A DNA stretch of 10,613 bases from assembly GCA_964426185.1 (NCBI GenBank), contig CAYRPF010000037.1:19147-29759 (forward strand), in the 5' to 3' direction. Of the stretch, positions 1-6,361 are shown one piece after another. The DNA comes from an uncultured archaeon. Lineage in GTDB: Archaea > Asgardarchaeota > Lokiarchaeia > Sigyniarchaeales > Promethearchaeaceae. The notes beneath the pieces are model-generated. The model did no database searches. It was not told the DNA's origin and was given only the letters and a program-made list of their open reading frames with translations. The position numbers were made by a program, and so were the translations under genes. Each line of letters starts with the position of its first letter. The first letter of the stretch is position 1.

Positions 1-196
1 CAATATGATTTAATCTTTTTTTGGATAAAAATTCCATTGCAGCAAGCATACCCGAAAATAGCAAAGGATCAATTTTTTGAAATTTTTTAATTCTACTGTT
101 GCGTGCATTCAATAGAAGTAAACCTGAATTATTAAAAATCCAAATTTCGATAATTTTGGGTATTTTAGAATGCTTCAACAGAGAATTAAAGAGCAT
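1..196 (-). CDS. Longin/roadblock-like domain protein, N-terminal part (runs off the left edge; not in the supplied ORF track)
   Basis: Manual translation from ATG at 196 is open to the edge: MLFNSLLKHSKIPKIIEIWIFNNSGLLLLNARNSRIKKFQKIDPLLFSGMLAAMEFLSKKRLNHI. The beta-hairpin IWIFNNSGLLL followed by the helix DPLLFSGMLAAM matches the pattern of Asgard longin-like proteins. An in-frame TGA lies shortly upstream of the ATG. Confidence 0.75.
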   Translation of the reverse strand, partial: MLFNSLLKHSKIPKIIEIWIFNNSGLLLLNARNSRIKKFQKIDPLLFSGMLAAMEFLSKKRLNHI

Positions 197-271
197 AGGG
201 TTTTCAATTAAGTGAAGGAGAATTCATACCTAAATTTTTATGGGTTAGCACCAATATTTTTTTGAGTTTTT

Positions 272-1159
272 ATGGGGCGAGACAATTTAAAGAAAAAAGT
301 AAAAAAAGGCATTTCTTTACAAGATTATCGTAGTAATTTGCAAAAAATCAAAAAACTCATTGATTCTGCTCAAAATTTGGAAGAGTTAGAAGCATTAAAA
401 CTAAGCTTAATCAAATTATATGAAAAAGGAAAATCATATCCTAAGATACAAGAGTTAGAACCATTTAGAATAACTTTATTTAAAACATGTAATTTAAACA
501 TTCAATTTTTGAATTTAGAGAATGATGTGTGGTATATGTTCTCACAAGGTAAAATTAGTGAAGCATATGAGTTGATCCTCAAAGGAGTGGGCACCATGAA
601 TACTCACCCAGATCGAGAATATATTCATGATTGGGTGAAAAATAAGATCATTAAAACTTTAGAAAAAATAGCAGAGATCGCCACCGAACAGAAGAAAACT
701 CCTTCTATCCCCCCATCATCTCAGCCATTGGAGGAGAATCCAACAATACTCAATCCACTTGCGCGCCAAGGCGAAAAAGGTATGATAAAGGAAGAAACGG
801 ATTTTAACACCTCGGTAAATAAAGATGTTTTTGCCCCAACATCATTTTCACCATCAACAACTAATTCCCCAACCATACTTCCAAAATCAAGATCTGCCAA
901 TGCTACAATTCTTCCTCATAATGATACTTCAAGTGAGCGTACGCGGCGTTTAAGACCAGATGACGATTTTGAAACGCTTTTTAAGCCAAAAGATTTCACA
1001 GACGATAAAATCGAACAAATAAATAGAAATTCTTTTCCAATAAATGAAGATGGTTCAGAAGACAATCCTATTCAAACCTATTGGGTGCGAAATCAGAATA
1101 TAAAAAAAAATTTGAAAAAAAAAACAGAATTACCCAAACGCGATAATCAAGATGCATAA
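272..1159 (+). CDS. Hypothetical protein: helical N-terminal ~140 aa plus a Ser/Thr/Pro-rich, probably disordered C-terminal half
   Basis: 295-aa ATG-started ORF filling the space between neighbours. Amphipathic L/I/K/E pattern N-terminally and low-complexity segments (TPSIPPSSQP, PTSFSPSTTNSPT) later. No family motif recognised. Confidence 0.75.
   Translation: MGRDNLKKKVKKGISLQDYRSNLQKIKKLIDSAQNLEELEALKLSLIKLYEKGKSYPKIQELEPFRITLFKTCNLNIQFLNLENDVWYMFSQGKISEAYELILKGVGTMNTHPDREYIHDWVKNKIIKTLEKIAEIATEQKKTPSIPPSSQPLEENPTILNPLARQGEKGMIKEETDFNTSVNKDVFAPTSFSPSTTNSPTILPKSRSANATILPHNDTSSERTRRLRPDDDFETLFKPKDFTDDKIEQINRNSFPINEDGSEDNPIQTYWVRNQNIKKNLKKKTELPKRDNQDA
1102..1124 (-). terminator. Candidate oligo-T terminator of the E2-JAB-E1 operon, embedded in the convergent gene
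   Basis: A9 (1102-1110) and A10 (1115-1124) on + read as T10 and T9 on the - strand, 45-67 nt past the stop at 1169. Archaeal intrinsic terminators are oligo-T tracts. Confidence 0.4.
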
Positions 1160-1168
1160 AATTAAAAT

Positions 1169-2071
1169 CTAAGTTGAATCTTGTGAAATTATATCATTTT
1201 TCTTTAAAATATCGTTCAGAAACCATAATATCATGAGAATCTGAACATTTTGCGAATTTTCCTTTAATTCTTCTTTGATATAAGGAAATTTCTGGGAAAT
1301 ATTTTGTTGATTGTAGATTTCATGATAAATTTGGGCAATTTTTTCCTTGGCAGCAGAAAATTCACCTCTTTCAATGTGGCGAAGAAGTGTCTTGGTAGAA
1401 TCTTCCATTTCTTCGGATAGTTCTTTCATTAACCACCAAATTGAAGTACGAATTTGATATAAAAACTGATTTCCTTTAAGACTGAATGGAGGATTACTCG
1501 GATTTTGAGAGATTCTCTGAAAGTGGATCAAAAATGATTCTAATTGAGTTTTAACATCATTAGAACTTTGTTTTTTTGAATATATTTTCGATGCTTGATT
1601 AATTGGGGAAAAAAATGCTTTTAGGTTAAAATATTTTTCTGCATTTTGAATTTGATTTTGAATTATGAATAAAATGGCAAAGTCGGGGAAAAAATGATAT
1701 TTTTCTTCTTTGTCTTGCTGAGAAAGTAATTCTTGAAATTTCTGGAACATGTTTTCCCATTTATTTTGTTGGAAAAAAACAAGCAATTCCTGCATACAAT
1801 AGCGTATTTCTCTTTTAATCCCTTTTCGATTAAGTATATCTCTAAGAAGATTATATGTGGTTAAATATAAGGAAGGTGTAAAGATGTTCTGAAAATCAAT
1901 CCCAATTGGCTCATTGATCATGGTGTCTACATCTGAATCTTTCGAAATTGCAATAGCTTTATCTACTTCTAACTGCAGGTTTGATGAATTTTTGTCCCCT
2001 ACAATCAGAATATCACCTTTTTCAAGAGCCTTTTTAAGTTCTTCACCCATATTATCATCATTCTCCGACAA
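1169..2071 (-). CDS. Hypothetical, mostly alpha-helical protein; last gene of the E2-JAB-E1 operon
   Basis: 300-aa ORF with a TTG start 3 nt after the E1 stop (alternative ATG at 2050). Acidic N-terminus followed by amphipathic helices. No catalytic motif recognised. Confidence 0.75.
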   Translation of the reverse strand: MSENDDNMGEELKKALEKGDILIVGDKNSSNLQLEVDKAIAISKDSDVDTMINEPIGIDFQNIFTPSLYLTTYNLLRDILNRKGIKREIRYCMQELLVFFQQNKWENMFQKFQELLSQQDKEEKYHFFPDFAILFIIQNQIQNAEKYFNLKAFFSPINQASKIYSKKQSSNDVKTQLESFLIHFQRISQNPSNPPFSLKGNQFLYQIRTSIWWLMKELSEEMEDSTKTLLRHIERGEFSAAKEKIAQIYHEIYNQQNISQKFPYIKEELKENSQNVQILMILWFLNDILKKNDIISQDST

Positions 2072-2074
2072 TGT

Positions 2075-2926
2075 TTAAGAAAGATCAGCAAGAAACGCAG
2101 CTACTTCTTCTTTTTCCATTTCTTTTTGCTTACGTTTATCAGCTCTTTCTTTCTTCAAAATTTCTGGTGCAACTTCCTTTAATATCTTGCGGCATTCACA
2201 TTTTTCTTTGCGTTGAATAGGTTCAAAATAAAACGGTTTTTCAAAGCGAAAATCAAACTTAATTAAACCAGGCTTTCGAGGCGGATCAGAGGGAAGAGGC
2301 ATTAGCACTTCTCGAACGCATTTTACCATTAATCCGGCTACAATTTGACTTGTATACACCACACTAGGTTCAGGTTTATAAATACAAGATGTCTCTTGTT
2401 GCAGCTCTTGTTTTTGGACGGACTCAGGAAAGATACAGTTAATACATGGAGTTTTTCTGGATAAAATCCCCACTTGACCTCCAAACCACGATAATCCTCC
2501 ATGAATCATAGGTATATCATTTTGTATACAATAATAATTTAGTATCTTACGAACATGGATTAGATCAACACAATCAATGACTAAATCAACATTTCGAATC
2601 ACAGAATCGATGGTAGATTCTTCTATTTTTTCATCAATCCCAACGATAATTATACCAGAATTTCGCTTTTCTAAGCGCTCGGCTAATATTTCTGCTTTGT
2701 TATGCCCGATATCTTCTTCGCAAAAAAGTGATTGTCGATTTAAATTATGTGATTCAATCGTATCGTAGTCATATATTTTAATTGTACCTATTCCCAAACC
2801 AATAAGGCCCAAACAAACATGATTTCCTAAAGCTCCTGCCCCAATTACTGCTACACGGGCATTAGATAACTTATCTTGATTCCATCCAGAAATTTTAATT
2901 TGTCGGTCATATTTTACGGATGTCAT
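2075..2926 (-). CDS. ThiF/MoeB/E1-family ubiquitin-like activating (adenylating) enzyme
   Basis: YDRQ N-terminal motif, VAVIGAGALG nucleotide-binding loop, DYDTIESHNLNRQ, K77 in GHNKA, IDCVD, Zn ligands C161xxC164 and C243xC245, and candidate thioester Cys181 (ETSC) on the crossover loop. No rhodanese domain. Confidence 0.95.
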   Translation of the reverse strand: MTSVKYDRQIKISGWNQDKLSNARVAVIGAGALGNHVCLGLIGLGIGTIKIYDYDTIESHNLNRQSLFCEEDIGHNKAEILAERLEKRNSGIIIVGIDEKIEESTIDSVIRNVDLVIDCVDLIHVRKILNYYCIQNDIPMIHGGLSWFGGQVGILSRKTPCINCIFPESVQKQELQQETSCIYKPEPSVVYTSQIVAGLMVKCVREVLMPLPSDPPRKPGLIKFDFRFEKPFYFEPIQRKEKCECRKILKEVAPEILKKERADKRKQKEMEKEEVAAFLADLS

Positions 2927-3614
2927 ATTTTTTTCTCTTTTTCTCTAATTTTTTTGATTCAAAGTGAATTTTTGTTTTTAATTCTTCACGAATTTTCCGG
3001 CGAATTTCATGTTCATCCCAATCAAAGGGAGTTGGTAAAATCCGAAAATCTGCAGGTTCGTGAAATATCTTTCCAGTAAAAACTTGTGTGCTAACAATTC
3101 CAAATCGATTTCTCTGCAAATTTACTGTCATTCCATAAGCATATTTAACTTGGATTCCATTCCAAAATCTGAAGTTTGAAGTTTCACTCAAAATCGTATG
3201 TTGGTTTGAATAGTCAGTTCCTGAAAAGAAAACGGCCAAATTTCCATGGGAATGGGTCCAGCCTAGCACTGTAATATGATTGGTTCGAATATAGGATGTG
3301 AGTTGGAGAATTGCATCGGTTTCCACATTTACAAATGCATAATGAACGGTTTGCCTTGGAATAAGAACATCCTCAATAATGTGATTATTTCCTACTGCTA
3401 AAGCATAGACTTCCACTTGATTTTCAGTCAAATTAGTGACTTCTTCTGCCATAACATACATTTTTTCTAAAGCATATTCTGTTAATGGAATTTCTGTAAG
3501 AGGTGTAAATCCATTCAAAACTTCGGATGATTCAATTTGAGTTTTTTCAGGAGATGATTCAGAATTAATCAAATTTTCTATGGAATCTCCAACTATAATA
3601 CCTTTTTTATTCAT
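2907..3614 (-). CDS. JAB/MPN+/Mov34 (JAMM) zinc metalloprotease, deubiquitinase-like
   Basis: E68 (VEVYALAVG) plus GWT-H121-S-H123-GNLAVFF-S131-GT-D134, an exact E-xn-H-x-H-x7-S-x2-D JAMM motif. The 3' end overlaps the E1 start by 20 nt. Confidence 0.92.
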   Translation of the reverse strand: MNKKGIIVGDSIENLINSESSPEKTQIESSEVLNGFTPLTEIPLTEYALEKMYVMAEEVTNLTENQVEVYALAVGNNHIIEDVLIPRQTVHYAFVNVETDAILQLTSYIRTNHITVLGWTHSHGNLAVFFSGTDYSNQHTILSETSNFRFWNGIQVKYAYGMTVNLQRNRFGIVSTQVFTGKIFHEPADFRILPTPFDWDEHEIRRKIREELKTKIHFESKKLEKKRKKYDIRKI

Positions 3615-3630
3615 TTTTATCTACTTAAAT

Positions 3631-4446
3631 TTAATTTGTGGATGAATCTGCATTTTTTTTCAAGTAAGGAGCATATTGCGAAGTTCCTAAATGACCATTT
3701 GCAGGTGAAACATCACGATTATATCCCGTGATAAGGATTTGGACCGCTTGTCGCATTAAACTACTTAAATTGTTGGCAAAACGTAGACGATTAAAAGCTT
3801 TCTCGTCTGAAGAATGATAGAAACTACCCATACAAATTTTTTGACCAAAATTATAGTTGTCTCGATATACAAAAGGATGTTCATAAAATGGAGGGTTATT
3901 TTCTGCAATTACTTCAGGATTCATTAGATGGAAGTTTTCATCAATTCGAACTGCAATCGTGCATGGAGGCATTTGATAAACAAATTTCTCAAAATGAATT
4001 TGATAAGAAGACAAATATCGGATAGCAGCCAATGCTTTTTTGCTTCGATCACGGATCAATTCTTTCATAACAAAGATTATGTGATTTTCAGTTAAGTTTG
4101 CAATATCTTGAGCAGGAATTTTTTGGTATAATTCAATAAGCGTTTTTCTTTCTCCTACAACATTTTTGATATGTTGATTGTAGACGGTTATAATTTCTTT
4201 CAAACGGCCTTTTAACTTCAAACCTTTCAAAGTAGTATATATTATCCCGTTAAAAATAACAATATCTTCTCTTTCAAGTAATCTTTGAAGGTTAGATTGC
4301 GAAGAGGGGGGTAGTTTTTTGCCAAATTCGATAAAATCGGATAAAAACATTATCGGATGAAGCTGATAGATCTTTCCTTCCTTGACAAAGCTTATTCCTT
4401 GATGAGGAGTTAAAATATCTTGAATTTCTTCCGTTAATGTTTTCAT
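3631..4446 (-). CDS. Putative divergent E2/UBC-fold conjugating enzyme with an N-terminal extension
   Basis: C-terminal P-F-Y-E-H190-P-F-V...G-Q-K-I-C205-M-G followed by a long helix resembles the E2 signature P-x-x-x-H-P-N-(I/V)...G-x-I-C-L. The gene lies 16 nt upstream of JAB, in the same direction as JAB and E1. The CDS itself is well supported; the E2 call is an inference. Confidence 0.65.
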   Translation of the reverse strand: MKTLTEEIQDILTPHQGISFVKEGKIYQLHPIMFLSDFIEFGKKLPPSSQSNLQRLLEREDIVIFNGIIYTTLKGLKLKGRLKEIITVYNQHIKNVVGERKTLIELYQKIPAQDIANLTENHIIFVMKELIRDRSKKALAAIRYLSSYQIHFEKFVYQMPPCTIAVRIDENFHLMNPEVIAENNPPFYEHPFVYRDNYNFGQKICMGSFYHSSDEKAFNRLRFANNLSSLMRQAVQILITGYNRDVSPANGHLGTSQYAPYLKKNADSSTN

Positions 4447-4540
4447 ATGATTTAAATCACTTTCAGAACTACAATTTGATATTTCTTCATCCTTTTCAAA
4501 TCTTTTGCTTTAAAATAAAAAAAGTGCGATTTTTTTTTGA
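4447..4540. promoter_or_regulatory. Divergent promoter region with a TATA-like element and a 12-bp palindrome
   Basis: 94-nt intergenic between divergent starts. TTTAAAATAAAA at 4509-4520 lies about 20-30 nt before ATG 4541. Perfect palindrome TGATTTAAATCA at 4448-4459. Confidence 0.45.
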
Positions 4541-5260
4541 ATGGTGTTTTTAAATACTTATATGTTTACACTTTCTACCCGTACAAGTTGGCAAAAACAG
4601 CCCACGCGTGTGGATTTATCCGATATGAAAGAGATTCTTTATCCTTATCCTTTGATAGAACGTAAATTTTTCGATGATTTAATGCATTTATGTCGCAGTC
4701 AGACGCATTACTATGTTGAAATGGGATTAATCAGCGTGCTTGATGGACAACATCACCAATTAAACCCTGATACTTGGATTTTAATTTGGGCATTAGACTT
4801 TAAAGATCGATTGTATCAAATTTTGCTGGATAGAAACCCCCAACATGGAGGAAAAGGAGCCATCGCGGCAGTTGGTCCAAAAGACTTGGGAGAATTTTTT
4901 GGACGGATGAAGAAAAATGCTATTTTACCTTTACTTACTCTAATCAATACTCCCGAAAAGATGAAATCTGTGGGTGTAATTGTTTCACGTCCTAAATCCT
5001 ACCGCAATCAGCAAAAAGAAAAGCAAGAATTTCAAGCTTTTGCCCGATTTCAAAAATGGATTGCCCAATTAAAAGCCACTCCCAATAAGGAAGGACAATG
5101 GTTTCCTAGTTCGGCACCTAAATGCCCTATTTGTGGTAATCCTTTAGTAGGTATTTTAGATTCGTATCGGATCGGTTTTGGATATATGATATGCCCCGAA
5201 TGCGGTCATTCTGAAAGAAGACAAATTGGGAAGTCGAATAATAATAAGCCGATTATATAA
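4541..5260 (+). CDS. Hypothetical protein with a C-terminal C4 zinc ribbon
   Basis: 239-aa ORF (alternative ATG at 4562). CPICG...CPECG (CxxC-x19-CxxC) near the C-terminus. N-terminal alpha/beta region not recognised. Confidence 0.8.
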   Translation: MVFLNTYMFTLSTRTSWQKQPTRVDLSDMKEILYPYPLIERKFFDDLMHLCRSQTHYYVEMGLISVLDGQHHQLNPDTWILIWALDFKDRLYQILLDRNPQHGGKGAIAAVGPKDLGEFFGRMKKNAILPLLTLINTPEKMKSVGVIVSRPKSYRNQQKEKQEFQAFARFQKWIAQLKATPNKEGQWFPSSAPKCPICGNPLVGILDSYRIGFGYMICPECGHSERRQIGKSNNNKPII

Positions 5261-5276
5261 AATGACAATAATTATA

Positions 5277-6065
5277 CTATTCTTTTGATGAATTTCTTTT
5301 TTCTAATAACTTGTGTGCTAAATCGGGATAGTTAGTATAAATGGCATCTGGATTATAAGCAAGATATTTTCGCAACAAGGTACGAGAATGAAGATCCCAA
5401 ATGAACAACTTCATCCCAGCAGCCTTCAGCATTTTTTGATATTCGATCTTGAATTTCATTGCCTGAATATTGAATCCTTCGATTCCAATACGATGAATTT
5501 TAGCATTAGGGGCTAAATGTTCAGGTTGAATCTGATATTCCAAATTTGATGCGATAAACCGTAAATTAATTTCAGGAAATCGAGAACGAAGATTACGTAT
5601 TTTCCAAAGAGTTCCACTACAGAGAAAAGTGCGGTTAATCAAGCCATATTTAGCTAAAATTGGAATGAGATAGGCACCAACACGGTTATCTTGCAGATCG
5701 ATGCTGAAAAAAAGGTATGAATTTTTAGAATTTGAAAATCGCCTGGGCATGGTTCCGTATCTTTCGCAAAATTCTTCCAAAGTAGGAATTGATTCACCAT
5801 TGGGAAGAGTAAGCTTCTTAATCTCGGATAATTTCAATCGATTGAAGTTAAAATATGATTTACTCACTTTGTGATAAAAAAATCTGTCATGTTGAATGAT
5901 GACTCGCCGATCTCGAGTCAACCAGCAGTCAAATTCAAGCCCATGTGCACCTAGTTCTATCGCTTTATCAAATGCTTCAAATGAATTTTCATGAGCATAC
6001 CCAGACGCACCTCGATGAGCAAAAATTATGGGTGTTTCGGATAAATTAGATGGAGGTTTTTCCAT
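5277..6065 (-). CDS. Glycerophosphodiester phosphodiesterase (GDPD family), cytoplasmic type
   Basis: IFAHRGASGYAHENSFEAF, GLEFDCWLTRD, IIQHD, IPTLEE and C-terminal DAIYTNYPD are GDPD motifs, with both catalytic His present. No signal peptide is visible. Confidence 0.93.
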   Translation of the reverse strand: MEKPPSNLSETPIIFAHRGASGYAHENSFEAFDKAIELGAHGLEFDCWLTRDRRVIIQHDRFFYHKVSKSYFNFNRLKLSEIKKLTLPNGESIPTLEEFCERYGTMPRRFSNSKNSYLFFSIDLQDNRVGAYLIPILAKYGLINRTFLCSGTLWKIRNLRSRFPEINLRFIASNLEYQIQPEHLAPNAKIHRIGIEGFNIQAMKFKIEYQKMLKAAGMKLFIWDLHSRTLLRKYLAYNPDAIYTNYPDLAHKLLEKRNSSKE

Positions 6066-6090
6066 TAATTAGTTCTTGTAAATACCATTT

Positions 6091-6333
6091 TCAATTTAAA
6101 TTGTAATGATTTTTAAGTAATTCCGATAGGTTGATTTCATACCGATTGGCAATTTCCATGAATTCAATCAAGTAATCCCCCAAAATATTTTCGATTTCTG
6201 GTTTTGTATCATTTTCTAAAGCAAGTTTTAGCTTTCCATGCATATTTGTCAATTTTTCTGTTATATCATATAAATCTGGTTGGTGATCGAATTTGTGTAA
6301 GTTTTTTAGGAATTTTTGAACTTTTTCTAACAT
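6091..6333 (-). CDS. Small MazG-like (all-alpha NTP pyrophosphatase fold) protein, apparently degenerate; probable start 6333 rather than 6396
   Basis: EIENILGDYLIEFMEIANRYEINLSELL follows the MazG-like pattern EEELGDxLxxLxxLANxxxIDL. TATA-like TTTAAATA on - (6361-6354) fits a leaderless start at ATG 6333 (80 aa). Confidence 0.6.
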   Translation of the reverse strand: MLEKVQKFLKNLHKFDHQPDLYDITEKLTNMHGKLKLALENDTKPEIENILGDYLIEFMEIANRYEINLSELLKNHYNLN

Positions 6334-6353
6334 AAAAGAAATATAATCGCATT

Positions 6354-6361
6354 TATTTAAA
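6354..6361 (-). promoter_or_regulatory. Candidate archaeal TATA box for the MazG-like/GDPD transcript
   Basis: TTTAAATA begins 28 nt upstream of ATG 6333. The AT-rich background lowers specificity. Confidence 0.45.

Noticed and set aside
2577-2768. 63-aa + strand ORF
   Set aside because: Fully antisense to the well-supported E1 gene; no motif.
2075-2926. Labelling the E1 as moeB/thiF for cofactor biosynthesis
   Set aside because: No molybdopterin or thiamine genes or sulfur carrier nearby, and the operon context (JAB, E2-like) favours protein conjugation, so no symbol was assigned. Not fully excluded.
2876-3079. 67-aa hydrophobic + strand ORF
   Set aside because: Antisense to the Lys-rich JAB C-terminus and E1 start; the Phe/Leu richness is the mirror of AAA/GAA codons.
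4447-4509. Open in-frame extension upstream of the E2-like ATG (SKRFEKDEEISNCSSESDLNH) and a 12-codon uORF (MKKYQIVVLKVI) in another frame
   Set aside because: The extension has no standard start codon before an in-frame TAA. The uORF is too short to be a Ubl, has no Gly terminus and is expected by chance.
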